From: Octopus vulgaris
Lineage: Eukaryota
Length of the DNA: 64,000 bases
Assembly: GCA_951406725.2 (NCBI GenBank)
Contig: OX597825.1
Location: 26,660,001 to 26,724,000, forward strand
Direction: 5' to 3'
Of this stretch, positions 42,507-56,935 are shown piece after piece. The translations under genes were made by a program, and so were the position numbers. Numbering within the stretch: the stretch's first letter is position 1; each line of letters starts with the position of its first letter. The notes beneath the pieces are model-generated. The model ran no database searches and was not told the DNA's origin. It saw only the letters and a list, made by a program, of their open reading frames with translations.

Positions 42507-42823
42507 TAATAATACTTAGAGGTATTACTTCCACTGCTACGACCATGACCACTAACAACAACAACAATACTAAAGGTGATCAAGACGAAGATAGCAGGAA
42601 AATTATCTTATTTAGGGTTAAAAGTTCTATTGCCACCACCATCACCACTAGCAACAATAATTAAGGTGCTGACAATGATGATGATGACAATTGAAATATA
42701 AAAATATAAAAATCTCTGACAAAGGATATTTACAACATTTCTAAAAATAACCCAACAATTGCTGCTTCGGCCAGGGTCAAGATACAGGACTCTTGACCTG
42801 TCCAACAAAGCGTGATGCCTAAA

Positions 42824-42937
42824 CCAATCAGCTCAACCAACCAATCAGCTTAAGTAATTGAGTGATACTACACACTGATTGGTCAGAATACAGTTTGCAA
42901 AACCTAGCACTCTGGAGCCTACCCAGCTGTATTTATA
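42824..42937 (+). promoter_or_regulatory. Putative Pol II promoter in the pLTR (three CCAAT boxes and a TATA-like box)
   Basis: CCAATCAG at 42824 and 42841, CTGATTGG around 42875-42882, and TATTTATA at 42930, about 65 nt upstream of the HHR. Mirrored in the left arm. Confidence 0.45.
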
Positions 42938-43000
42938 GCACAGAATCACTCATCTTGCTACAGTCAAAAATTGTGAAGCATGACTGTCAACACTACTACA

Positions 43001-43045
43001 TGAACCCGAAGATTGCAGAATTCAATGCATGAAAGTACTAGTTCA
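43001..43045 (+). ncRNA. Minimal type I hammerhead ribozyme in the right pLTR (U4C variant)
   Basis: TGAAC-CCGAAGA-T.TGCA.GAATTCAA.TGCA.T-GAAA-GTAC-TA-GTTCA. Stem I is TGAAC/GTTCA and stem III is palindromic AGTACT. PLE pLTRs are known to carry minimal HHRs. Confidence 0.65.
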
Positions 43046-43222
43046 ATCAGAATGAATATTTAACATTCTACTATTTCATTTTATTTTATTCAATTATAAT
43101 ATATTATCTTATAATATATCATTATAAGATTGTAAATAAAACGTGAAAATCAGACAAGGTTGGAATTCTTTTTATTAATATATTCTTCTATACACAATCA
43201 CACACACCCATATATATATATA

Positions 43223-43280
<58 letters not shown>

Positions 43281-43356
43281 AATATATACACTCATACATA
43301 TATATATATACATAATGCACACGCACTCACATATATATATATATATATATATATAA

Positions 43357-43839
43357 AACAAAGTAAAGTTGGGGATTATCTTACGACTAAAGGTATAAAG
43401 AATAAAAATTGCAGGAGTCTTTTAAGAGTGTTATTAACTTTACCGCTTTCACTTATTTAAAAAGATTCTCAAAATTAAAGTATGAGGCATGGCCTATCTT
43501 CTGTGGTGTCAAAATTTAGTTTACATAAATGTATTCAAACTTAGTGATAGTGTCTTTGACAAGGATAAGAGAAAATTCGAACTTTCTGCATGCTCTCTCA
43601 TGAGTCAGAAGATAGTAAACTCTTATCCTTATCAAATACTCTATCACTTCGTTTGATTATATTTATGTAAACTAATGTTTGACACTACAGAAGATACACA
43701 CAGCCTCATAGTTTAATTTTGAAAAATCTTTTTACAGAAGTGAAACCACTTAATTTAATAAAGAATTAGCTGACACCTGCAGTTTCAGATTCTTTACCTT
43801 ATACTTTTAGTCATGCGTTAACTCCCAACTATGTTTTGT
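43357..43839. mobile_element. Diverged long fold-back element with decayed HHR-like cores
   Basis: Arms pair over about 215 bp (e.g. TTTGACAAGGATAAGAG / CTCTTATCCTTATCAAA and TTAGTTTACATAAAT / ATTTATGTAAACTAA). Each arm carries TTTTGA.AATCTTTT...GTGAAA. The left end abuts (TA)n. Confidence 0.7.
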
Positions 43840-43919
43840 GATACATATCCACCACTCGAGGTTCGACAGTTCCACGAATACCACAACAGATTGAAAACCC
43901 ATTGAAACGATGCATGTAT

Positions 43920-43992
<73 letters not shown>

Positions 43993-44020
43993 GATACATG
44001 TATAAAAATATATAGAGAGC

Positions 44021-44100
<80 letters not shown>

Positions 44101-44121
44101 GACACAAACACACACACACAC

Positions 44122-44172
<51 letters not shown>

Positions 44173-44959
44173 CACATGTAAATGCATAAGATACGTATAT
44201 GTAAATAGATATATCTATATTTACCTACCTATCTATCTATATTTTTCTATCTATATATATAAACACACATACAGAACACACACATACTCATAGTTCACTG
44301 CAAAAGGAAGATAGGTAAAGCGAGGGAGAGAGACAGATTCATATCATTTTAGTAATAAATATACATGAATATATTTTTCAAATTAATCTCTGATTCACGT
44401 GCATGAATATAATGTCTGGATATTTTTATCATATATACAGGTTTTAATCTGCACTCAAAAGTGCAAAAAATATAGATTGAGGTGGGAAGGAAAGATACCA
44501 ATTTTGAGAGAGAAATAGAAACAAAAATATAACTTTCGTGTGTGAAAAAATTGCCTGTACTTGAAAGGAAATGAAAGTTAGGACAATAAAGGAATAAAGA
44601 ACCCGAAAACAAATAATGAAAGCTATTTACGAACGAAAAAATGAGAAAAAGCAATTTGAAAGAAATGTTCAGAAAAACACAAATCATAATATAATACATC
44701 GTTGATTTATATTTTCTTTCAGTAAACATAAATGAACGCCTGAATGGATATTATAAATCACAGCTATAACAATTAGTTTATTCAGAAATTTTATAAACTG
44801 TCATTCCATGCACTTTGCCAAAGACATCAGAACACTCTCCACTTGGTAAACTCTGCGTTGTGGAAAGTATAAAAAGAACAAATCGCATCTATTATATTCA
44901 GACCGCAATGTTATATTTGACAACAAATATTTGATGATGACGATCGCTATAATAATAGT

Positions 44960-45300
<341 letters not shown>

Positions 45301-45485
45301 ATAAAGTATAATGTTGCCGAGAAAAAAAAATCATGCATTCCAATCCGTTGTAAACTAAATTAGTTATATATGAAAAGCAAAATGGATATGCATTTGAAAT
45401 TTGCGAGATTTTATATAGAGTAAATGCAATTTTTTTCGGTGCATAAACATTTACGCACATGCATAAATATATATATATACACAAA

Positions 45486-46805
45486 GCAAAAAGAAAATGG
45501 AGGGATACAAAAATAATATATATCAGCCCTTACACATACTATTATGTCTATTTATTTCAAAACATAAGGGAGTATTATAAGAATACATACACATGAAAAA
45601 CTGTATGCTACACAAATATACACTATTAATACAAACAAAAGGGTAAAATATTAAAAGATCATTTCCTTACGGCTGTTTCTACCAAGAGGCCACGATATCC
45701 TCCATGCTAGCTTCATCTCTCCTGTGTTCTGAAGGGATGGGTAGATAGAGTTTCGATGTTGAGTGTGCTTCTATGTTTTATCAAAGGGTCTAAATGTTTA
45801 GGAGAGCCGATACATACAAGAATCAGTTACTAATAGGTACATTATATTTTTCTTATTGAAGAGAGGTCATACGTAGAAGAGGAGGAAGATTAGGAGTGTG
45901 AGAGGAGTAACATTTAGTAAAATGGATTAAGTAGAGTATAGAGGAATAATAGACTTCAAGTTTTGCCTTCCAAGATTCATGTTATTTTGTCCAGTAGCGG
46001 ATACTCTTTTACTCTTTTACTCTTTTACTTGTTTCAGTCATTTGACTGCGGCCATGCTGGAGCACCGCCTTTAGTCGAGCAAATCGACTCCGGGACTTAT
46101 TCTTTGTAAGCCCAGTACTTATTCTATTGGTCTCTTTTGCCGAACCGCTAAGTGACGATAGGTAGGAATATTCGTTTTAAGCATGAGTTTTTTATGAAAG
46201 GTAAAATTAGGCAGTGATTGTTATTTTGTTTGCATATACATACACGTTATGTTTGTATTTATAGTGGGTGGGTTTGAAAGATTATTTTGAAAGTATGGCC
46301 CGGGTTTCAGAGGTGGAAGTTTATATGTAGGATGTCAGTTGGTACTAAAGAGAGTATGTCACCAGGTGGTGACCATAGTACGGTGTTCGTGTTCGTTATT
46401 CTTTCGATCAACAAATCCCTGATTCCTTGTGTGAAGTGGTTATGGTCAGTCCTGCAACCTATTGGTTCATCTATTTATTTGAATTATATGACGCGGTTCC
46501 GGTTCTTTGATACTTAACAGATAACACGAAAAAAAGTATTTTACATTTTAATTTTTTTTATGTTATATATTTGCAGTAATTTATTTTTCTCATGCTGTCG
46601 CTTAAGGTCATATCCTCTTGCTCATATTGCTTCAGTTACTCACTCACATACTCATCTATTTATATATTTCCTTGTCTAAATCTAATTTAATTTAATTTAA
46701 TCTAGTTTGAATGTTATTTTGCTCTCCTACTTGCCCAAAGTGACCACGGTTTTTTATCCAATTATTTTTAATTTATGCATATCTGATTTGTTTCTGTGTT
46801 ATCTG

Positions 46806-46842
<37 letters not shown>

Positions 46843-46996
46843 AACACATATATATGTATACACATATATATACACATAAACATACTCACACATGCTTGTA
46901 TATGTATATGCATATACACATATGCATACACACACACATATATATATACATATCTACAACCATGCATACATACACATACGTATAGATGTACATACA

Positions 46997-47084
<88 letters not shown>

Positions 47085-47334
47085 TCAGAACACTGAAAGA
47101 TGGATCTAGCATTGAGGATATCGTGGCATCTTGACAGCTCTATCTAGCCGTTAGGATTTGAGCATTTAATCTCTCACTCTTTTATGTTTTACAAGTATAT
47201 ATTTGTGTAGCATACATTCTTTGCATATGTATGTATTCTTATAATACTCCCTTTTGTTTTGGAATAGATAAACATAATATAATGTCTACCGGCTGATGTA
47301 TATCATTTTTGTATCCCCTCCATTTTCTTTTTGC
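45486..47334. mobile_element. Old PLE-like element with diverged inverted arms (45486-45710 and 47106-47334)
   Basis: GCAAAAAGAAAATGGAGGG...GGGAGTATTATAAGAATACATAC...CCACGATATCCTC.ATGCTAG is inverted in the right arm. The left arm minus strand has GAGGATATCGTGGCCTCTTGGTAGAAACAGCCGTA, a decayed HHR-like motif. Confidence 0.6.
46002..46157 (-). mobile_element. SINE family B 3' fragment with a (TACTCTTT)n tail
   Basis: Nearly identical to 58000-58155. Confidence 0.8.
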
Positions 47335-47504
47335 CCTATAAATGAATGGTAAACCACTTTTATCCTTGCCCGTATATGACACCCGATTGAGAATTTGCCA
47401 CGCAATAATCAGCACTTGGATATTGACAATTGGGATACTACCAGCAGTATATTGGATAGGTACTATCCCTTTGTTGGTTGGCTTCCCCACATCTAACTCT
47501 CACG

Positions 47505-47538
<34 letters not shown>

Positions 47539-47621
47539 GTAAATTATATATTCATATATACACATGTCTCTCCCTCACTGCCTCTCTTCTCTCTCTATTT
47601 ATATACATATTTATGTATATG

Positions 47622-47688
<67 letters not shown>

Positions 47689-48131
47689 ACCAATCGGAAC
47701 GGAAACGGAAAACTGTTTTTCTGATTGCGGAACTCACAAATATATGTATTACGCTGCTAAAATATCGTCCTGGCACTGTTCCCTAAAGAAAGAACGGAAT
47801 ATGACTCCAACAAAAGAGGTTTGTATGCTTTTATGAACCTATGCGAGTGACGCATTATTTCTTTATGTAAAGAATGCGTAATTTAGAATAGTGTACTTTA
47901 AGATTCCAACAATATGCAACCAGTTATTGAAGTTGTATTTCCTTCACACCGTATTGGAAACATAAATTTATATAGATATTTCGACATGAAGATACTTTTG
48001 TCTATCTATCTATCTAGGTATCTATGCATCTCACATTTATCTATTTATCTATCTATCTATCTTTCCATCTGAATTTCTGTTTGTCGGAGTCTGTATGCTC
48101 AAACATATATGTATATATATACATCGGTGAG

Positions 48132-48162
<31 letters not shown>

Positions 48163-48210
48163 GTGTGTGCATGTGTGTGTTTGAGTTTGTGTATACATAC
48201 ATGCATACAT

Positions 48211-48245
<35 letters not shown>

Positions 48246-48254
48246 CAGTAAAGA

Positions 48255-48318
48255 TGCAGAAGAAGAGGAAGTAGAAGAAGAAGAAGATGAAAAAGAAGAC
48301 GAAGAAGAGGAAGAAGAA

Positions 48319-48353
<35 letters not shown>

Positions 48354-48391
48354 AGAAGAAGAAGAAGAAGAAGAAGAAGAAGAAGAAGAAG

Positions 48392-48420
<29 letters not shown>
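48255..48420. repeat. (GAA)n microsatellite
   Basis: Read directly. Confidence 0.95.
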
Positions 48421-48422
<2 letters not shown>

Positions 48423-48645
48423 GTGAGAGAGAGACCGACGGGAGAATGGAGGAAAAGATGGTAATCTTGAGGAAATTAGACTTTGGTCTATCAGTGCCAA
48501 CGAACCCTTAATACAGATGCGCGCGCTGACAAACGCATATTTCTCTACGTTCCTCTCTATCTATGTATCTAACTATCTATCTATCTACCTCTCTCTCTAT
48601 ATATATGCATACATCTGTGTGTGCATGTATGTATATATATGTATA

Positions 48646-48759
<114 letters not shown>

Positions 48760-48837
48760 GTATATATACAAGACCAAATAGCGCGCTTCCTTCTTCCACC
48801 ATGACCGTAATTTGGTACTTGAAGTTGTGTTCATTCC

Positions 48838-48882
<45 letters not shown>

Positions 48883-49220
48883 CTTTGCAATCTTCTATCG
48901 TAATTTCTAAAGTTTTCAAAGTATATTATGTATATATTTTTTGTATGTACATTTCTAAATAATCTCGTGTATAAACTCGTGTATATTTCTTTTCACCACT
49001 AAATATATTTGTTTGTAATAATATATATTTAATTATAATATTGAACCCAGAATACCCCATTTAATATTATATTTATAAGCTTATAGTCCTCTCTTAAATG
49101 CTAATTGTCATTCGGTTAATAACTGATCGGAAATGGAATCTTCCACCTAGAAAAGCATGATCACTGCAGGCTTTGACGTGATCTAAAGACTTCGGTTTAA
49201 GTGAATTAGTAATTATTAGT

Positions 49221-49527
49221 TTTAGAGTCAGATCATGGCTGCTATTTTCAGCATGGTGGTGTCTCGTAGATACCCTAATTTATAATTTTAATAATTATTT
49301 CCTTTGAAGGTTATTTTTTCCATGCTGACCACTTGATAAAATAGTTATTTTATTTTTAAATTAACGGTCTTATATAAATTTAAATTTATTTCGTTACTGT
49401 ATTTACTGCCGCGATATTTTGACCATATCTCACATTGAATTAATCTGCGGGCCTTTTAAACTGGCCATGATGCGTGCATATATATGTAGGTATACGTTCG
49501 AATATGTAAGTATTCGTAGGTTGTATT

Positions 49528-49563
<36 letters not shown>

Positions 49564-49816
49564 CATATACATATATGTATGTATGTATGTATTTATGTTT
49601 CTTTTCTGTGTGTATTCTACTGCAAAGTCAGAAATCCGGGATCTAAAGTTATCCAGTAATTTTTTACTAATTTCATCTTGTCTTTTTGTTTTTTCTCCGT
49701 TTTGATATATGGACAATTAAGGTGGTTTAGAGTCAGATCATGGTTGCTATTTTCAGCATGGTGGTGTTTCGTAGATGCCTTAATTTATAATTTTAATAAT
49801 CAATACCTTTGACAGT

Positions 49817-49822
<6 letters not shown>
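49221..49822 (+). repeat. About 95-bp direct repeat (49221-49317 and 49727-49822)
   Basis: TTTAGAGTCAGATCATGG.TGCTATTTTCAGCATGGTGGTGT.TCGTAGAT.CC.TAATTTATAATTTTAATAAT occurs twice. The second copy ends at (TA)n. Confidence 0.75.
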
Positions 49823-49886
<64 letters not shown>

Positions 49887-50189
49887 ATATCTGTGTCTCT
49901 GTGTATACATATATATAATGGACAGCATGAGAACATGCATAAGAAATATTTTAGTGCGGGGAAAGGAGAGCATTTGAAGTTTTGAGCATGACTCTTCGTC
50001 AGAAACGAGAAACAAAACTGTCCACAGAAAGAAAAGAAATCACCAACGGCATAAATGTAACTCCATTGCTGATAAATGTTTACTTTCTATCTGCCTTGCA
50101 AACACCTACAAAAACGATAACACAAATTTATATAAAGAGGGGAATTTGGAGGCAAGAAGTACTGATAAAAATCTTGAAGTTAGTGATAG

Positions 50190-51790
50190 GATAGAATACT
50201 TCCCCCCACCCCAACACTTTATTACCCTGAAAGTCCTCAAAGCAAATTTCAATATAAACCCTAAATATAGAGTAATTAAGCCTGTTAAAACTGTAATAGG
50301 CATTATTAGCAAATATATTTTAGATCGTATTTTAAGCAAGTAAAATACTGACTTAAATTTACCGATTTGGACAAATAGTAAGTCAGTGATAGATTGGTTC
50401 AAAGGAATTAGCAATAAGCTAATTAGACATTGTCGAATTTGCAGATATTGTCGATTTTTACCCATCAATATATAGGCCTTTGCTTCTAAAAGCATTAGAC
50501 CTTGCCAAGCAGTTTGCTACCGTCGATAGCTCGGAAATAGTTATTATCCTGCAAGCAAGGAAATTCCTCCATTTTTACGATGCTTCCATCTGGATCAAAA
50601 ACAGTGAGGATTCTCTATTCGATGTATCGATGGGGGTATACGATGGGGTAGAGATGTTTACGCTTATAGAAACTTTTATTTTGCATAGCCTGCAATTAGA
50701 ATTCCATTTTATAGATTCAAGATTATACAGGGATCCCGGTTTTAAAACCACCAATAATTTAAACGGCCATGAGTTAGATAAATTTAGGAAGAATCTGATT
50801 GCTTTCTTCTAAAGAATTGGCTTAGAGATTGCAATAGAAATTAACCTTAAAAACGTAGAAGTTTTTAGATATCAACTTAAATTTGCAATTAGATAAATTT
50901 AAAATCTGTCTTAAGCTCAATGAATAACTATGTTATATTAGCAAAAAACAATTCATCCAGCCATAATTCTTTAGACCTACTTAGTAATATAGGAAGGCGT
51001 AATATCTTCAGGTGATTCGGGATTTCAAAATGCTGCGCCGTATTATAATATTGCATTAATGTAAAGTGGTTTCTCGGAAAAGAATTCTAACAATAATAAT
51101 GCCCGTAGAACTAGAACTAGGACAGTTTTGCGGTTTAATGCGGCATTTCATATTGCCATAAAAACTAATATAGGTAGGGTATTCTCAAAATTAGTTTCTA
51201 AACATTTTAAATCTAGCCATACATTCTATTGAATTTTAAATTAGGAGAAAACTGAATGTTCGCTATTTTTGTTGCAAAAACTTCACCTGTTTTATTTCTC
51301 AGCATAGCACAAAAATTACAAATACCCACAGTGCCGGATATAATGTGAGGAACTGCATTTACATAGATAGATTTGCTGTCCGTTAGAAGGGAAGTGTCTT
51401 GAAAAAAGGAATTGTTTATAGAGCTAAAGAGCAAATATTCAGAAGAATGTATAATTACACAGGAGCCATAGAAAATTTATTCAGGACTCGGTTTTATACC
51501 CACCGAAATTATTTCCGATACCCTGAGAATAGGAAAGCAGCAAGTCTTACAAACATGTCTGGCAACTGAAGGAGAATGACACCTGCCATTTCAATATCAA
51601 CTAGACAATTTGAGAAAAAGCACCATAATACCGGCATTTATCTTACAGAAGACCTATGAAATGTAATCTTTGCCTCTCAGAAAAGATTTTTATCGTATTC
51701 CAGGTTAAACATACATTGAACCAGAGAGAAAGCTCTTAAATTCCTGCAAAAACACAGTGTGGCTATTCCGAAAATGTACCGTATGGCTAA
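50190..51790 (+). pseudogene. Decayed Penelope-like element of a second clade (Naiad-like): RT and GIY-YIG remnants
   Basis: Fragments FITLK...NF..NPKYRVIKP...IISKYILDRI, SVIDWF, DIVDFYPSI, FDVSMGVYDG.E, LYRD.G, CPLEGKCL, YTG..E..F..RFYTH and CNLCLSEK. Many stops and frameshifts. The clade assignment is an inference. Confidence 0.8.
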
Positions 51791-52197
51791 AATTTTTTCA
51801 CTTTTGCATTTGCATTAGACATTACAGCTTATATATTATTAGTCTTGTATTATAATACTAGTACATATTTCGACTTCACGTTTGTATTTTACATTCGAGT
51901 TTTAAGAAATCCTTCGGCTGTTTTACAAATTTAAATATATGTTTCAGAAAAGTTTCTTTTTTACTGATTTCTACTCATTTTTATATATTCAAATTTTATA
52001 ATTTAAATTTATATATTTACTTTATACTACATATGATTATGTTATAGTAATGTATTTTAATATATTAATCTATTTTCATATTCTATATACCAGATAGTTT
52101 TTTATGCTTGTATGCGTATATACGTTATGTTGTATATATTTATCTTCATGTGAAGATATGTCGATATATATATATATGTGTGTGTTTGTGTGTGTTT

Positions 52198-52242
<45 letters not shown>

Positions 52243-52545
52243 TGTGTGTTTGTATGTGAGTGTGAGTGTATTTTGTTGTGTTTGGGAGATTTTTTCTCTT
52301 TTAGTGCTTTATAATTCAACATACTCACTGGTAAAATTTCCACTTCTTTCTTTTTTAAGTTTTCTAAAATTTTCGTTGCGCCTTGCAAATCATCTTACAC
52401 TTTAAATCTATTTTTCACTTTCTCGTTCGAAATTCTAATTTTCTGTTTCTTTATCTATTTTTTTCTTTTTCTTCTTTTCCTTTTTTTTTCTCCTACAACT
52501 TGTTATGCTCTGATATTCTTTCGTTTTCTTTCTCTCGCCTGTAAC

Positions 52546-52728
52546 AAGTGGCAACCGATGCTGGTGTGTTTACGTCCGCGTAACTTAGCGGTTCGGCAAA
52601 AAGAGACCGATAGACTAAGTACTAGGCTTCCAAAGAATAAGTTCTGGGGTTGATGTGCTCGACTAAAGGTGATGCTGCAGCATGGCCACAGTCAAATGAC
52701 TGAAACAAATAAAAGATAGTAAAAGAGA
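52546..52728 (+). mobile_element. SINE family B 3' part
   Basis: Reverse complement of about 58000-58190. Confidence 0.75.
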
Positions 52729-52737
52729 AATACACCT

Positions 52738-52776
<39 letters not shown>

Positions 52777-53215
52777 CCGAACATATCTACACACACACAC
52801 ATATATATATGTATATATTCACAATAGTACATGTATGCATTTGGTTATGTATATGTACATGCACAAGTATATATACAAGAATACACACATACACATACGG
52901 ATTCTTAATATGCTTTTTTAGGCATAAAAATGTAACAGTCATGTTGACCTAATTTGGAAAACTATATACAATGTATTTTTTCAGAAAGCCAGTGTTCGAA
53001 ATATTTAACTTTGTAATAAATAAATAATTAAAAGTAATTTAAACGCATTTATTGCAATTTTTGACGCGGTCAAAATGGAATTGTTGACAATGGTAATGTA
53101 TCTTTAATTACAAGCGGTAATATTCTATTCACAATAGAACCAGGGGAGCCATAAATGTTCATTTCAATGAAGTATCCATATTGCTTTGGCAACTTTAATT
53201 ATATTTCAGTTTTTT

Positions 53216-53448
53216 AAGGCGGCGAGCTGGCAGAAACGTTAGCATGCCGAACGAAATGCGTAGCTGTATTTCGTCTGACGTTACGTTCTGAGTTCAAACT
53301 CCGCCGAGGTCGACTTTGCCTTTTATCCCTTCGGGGTCGATAAATAAAGTACCAGTTTCGCACTGGTCTCTATGTAATCGACTTAATCCGCTTATCTGTC
53401 CTTGCTTGTCCCCTCTGTGTGTAGCCCCTTGTGGGTAGTAAAGAAATA
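53216..53448 (+). mobile_element. tRNA-derived SINE family A, full-length
   Basis: Family A sequence. Confidence 0.85.
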
Positions 53449-55018
53449 TATATTTCACTTTTTTTTCAAGTTGAACACTCATGAATGCCAAGAAAAAAAT
53501 AAAAGCAAGAATTTAGTTATGTTAAATGTACTGAGAGTAATGAATTGCTTTTATGTCAACTGATGATATTCAGCTGTTGGATCCTACATTTGTGAGGTCA
53601 AGTACTGCTTCACTCATTTCTAACACAATAGGATAAGGGATTCACGAAATAGTACTGAGTAATATTACATTCACTAAGTCATTCAGAAATCGTCATGCGT
53701 ATTATAGAAAACAACAGCTGGAACCTAGGTGTTTTATTATTTGGCTAATGTTACACAAATGGGGGATAAATTGTCGAATTATATGTGACCAAAACTTCAA
53801 AAATGATATAGGATTTCGTGATATCAAATAAGAAAAAAGAACTCATCATATTTGGCATTGTTCTACTGCAAATATCATACTATACCGCGGGACTTCTCAT
53901 TAATGTCTCTGAGAATTTAAACGGATTGGTTTCATTGCAGCGTTAAAACATGCTTACTATACATCATCAACAACTTGATTAAGTTGTCAGAAAGTCGATT
54001 AAGGCTGCTACTGTCATTGCTGCGTGCAACAGTGGTTTGAGAAGGCAATCCATTTCGCCAGATTAAATACAAAGACACATGTGGTTTGGTGGAACCTAAA
54101 CCCGATACAAAAAGGGAAAAGCGTATTACTTTTGTGGTGCCATAAATTCAGGTACGTAAGTTAAAACTGAGTGCAATGAAAATAAGACACTATAAAGTGG
54201 AATAGGTGTAAGTGTAAATTTTATTTTTTGTTTTGTTATTAATTATTCATCAATAAAAAAAACCCAGTATTTTTTTAATACTTTATACATGAAGAAATAC
54301 AATCTGAAATAATAAGTACTCTAGTTTCATGATATCTGCTAAACTATCAGATAAAAAAAATGCATATTTAAGGAAATAATTATCAGAGTTAGGAGTTATT
54401 TCCTTCATTTGTATACATTATAATAATTTTTTTTATTGTTTCTTTCTTTCAAATGTTCAACACAGGATGTCAAATTAAAATACAGAAGTTAATATATCAA
54501 CTGTATACATCATGCTAACGAAACTGAATATTGATAGAGTACTCCCGCCAATTATAGTTTCTTATCTCATAGCAAAATAGTTACTGTGAAACATGGTATG
54601 GAAAGAAAAGCAATGAATCGCTGTTAAGAATAGTAAAAAAATCCTGAAGTACATATTAAAATCTGAAAGAAATTGTGCATTATCTACTCAGCATGTTGAC
54701 ACATCTTAATGTGCGGTTGCATTCATAAAATTTGAGAAAATGTTGGTTTGATTTCCGGTAATTTCGATGACAAGTGTATTTTAATTTAAGAGTGCCATGG
54801 TGCTGTGATGCGACAGAGATTCGAATAAATACAAATATATAAGTTAAAGATAAGAAAATCAATATACAAGAAAGGAAGAATGCTATAATTAAAAAAGAAA
54901 TCCTGAAACAATATAAAAAAAAAATTTCTTATGCAATCAATATTGGTATTTTAATACATACACACATACACACATCGTTCCATTCCACACGTACGTGTTT
55001 GCTTCCTCATTGGTAATG

Positions 55019-55129
<111 letters not shown>

Positions 55130-55143
55130 ATTATATAGAAGGA

Positions 55144-55192
55144 GCTTCTACAGGGCTAGAACTGTTTAATTCAAAAGAAATCATCAGGAAGC
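55144..55192 (-). ncRNA. Hammerhead ribozyme copy with a G12>U core mutation
   Basis: Minus strand: GCTTC-CTGATGA-TTTCTTTTGAAT-TAAA-CAGTTCTAGCCCTG-TA-GAAGC. Confidence 0.6.
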
Positions 55193-55411
55193 TAGTAGAC
55201 AAGGGTTGTTTTGGCATTTATACATTTAGGCAGGTTTAAATGGGTGGTGGTGGGGGACTTTTTGGGGGGTAGGCATGGCGCAAAACTGTCATTATTAGGG
55301 GAGTGGTCAAAGGAATCGGTGGTAAAGTAGATAAGAGAATAAATAAGAGAATAAAAGAATAAATAGAAAAATAGAGTTTTAGGTAAGTAAGGAGACTCTC
55401 ACTTGTACATC

Positions 55412-55447
<36 letters not shown>

Positions 55448-56754
55448 CACATATTCACATATATCTATATATATACATACATACCCATATATACATACAT
55501 ATATATACACATACATACATATACATATATATATATATATACATATATATACATATATATACACATACCCATGTACATACACACAAATACACATATACAT
55601 ACATATATATACATATATGTATACACACTCGCACATATATATACATACACACATATACACATGCATATACATGCACACACATACACACACATTTTTATTC
55701 CCTTATTTTAATTTTATTATTACTTTTGTTTATATCTTCATTTTTATCTTGACCTCGGTCAGCCGGTCTCAAGGGATGATCTAAAGAGTCCATTTATCTA
55801 TCTACTCACTGATACGAACGCAAACACTCACTCACGCCCACACACTCACACATACACTCATACCCATACACACACGCACGTGATATATTCATACACACAT
55901 ACATCTACATACATTCACGTATATTCACACACGTACACGTACCTACTGATTCATATCTACACGCATACACATACATACCTCAATACACCCACAGAAGACT
56001 AGTCCATACATATACACTAATAAATATATATACACATATACACATACACATACATACACATACATACATATACATACACATATACAAATATATATACATA
56101 TATATACATATGCATATACATACACATATACATTCATACATATATACACATACACATATATATATATATATATATGCGAACACATACACACGACCGAGGT
56201 CAAGATAAAAATAAAGATATAAACAAAAGTAATAATAAAATTAAAATAAGGGAATAAAAATGTGTGTGTATGAGTGTGCATGTATATGCATGTGTATATG
56301 TGTGTATGTATATATATGTGCGAGTGTGTATACATATACGTATATATATATGTATGTATATGTGTATTTGTGTGTATGTACATGGGTATGTGTATATATA
56401 TGTATATATATATGTATATATATATGTATATGTATGTATATATATATATGTATGTATATATGGGTATGTATGTATATATATAGATATATGTGAATATGTG
56501 GGTGTATATATATATATATATATATATATATGTAGATGTACAAGTGAGAGTCTCCTTACTTACCTAAAACTCTATTTTTCTATTTATTCTTTTATTCTTT
56601 TATTTATACTTTTATCTACTTTACCACCGATTCCTTTGACTACTCCCCTAATAATGACAGTTTTGCGCCATGCCTACCCCCCCAAAAAGTCCCCCACCAC
56701 CACCCATTTAAACCTGCCTAAATGTATAAATGCCAAAACAACTCTTGTCTACTA

Positions 56755-56803
56755 GCTTCCTGATGATTTCTTTTGAATGAAACAGATCTAGTCCTGTAGA
56801 AGC
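56755..56803 (+). ncRNA. Type I hammerhead ribozyme (canonical core)
   Basis: GCTTC-CTGATGA-T.TTC.TTTT.GAA.T-GAAA-CAG.ATCTAGTC.CTG-TA-GAAGC. All three stems form and the cleavage triplet is GUA. Confidence 0.85.
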
Positions 56804-56886
56804 TCCTTCTATATAATAAATTAATTTACTCTGCTATGTATTGAGTACATTATTTACTGTGGTTAACCCCGACTCAACCCGGGACC

Positions 56887-56935
<49 letters not shown>

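Noticed and set aside
48109-48511. Poly-Glu and poly-Lys ORFs
   Set aside because: A (GAA)n microsatellite only.
53560-53566. CTGATGA hammerhead or snoRNA-like motif
   Set aside because: No downstream GAAA or supporting stems.
53941-54151. Exon-like segment with AG/GT boundaries
   Set aside because: Stops interrupt the frames I checked, and no recognisable peptide emerged.
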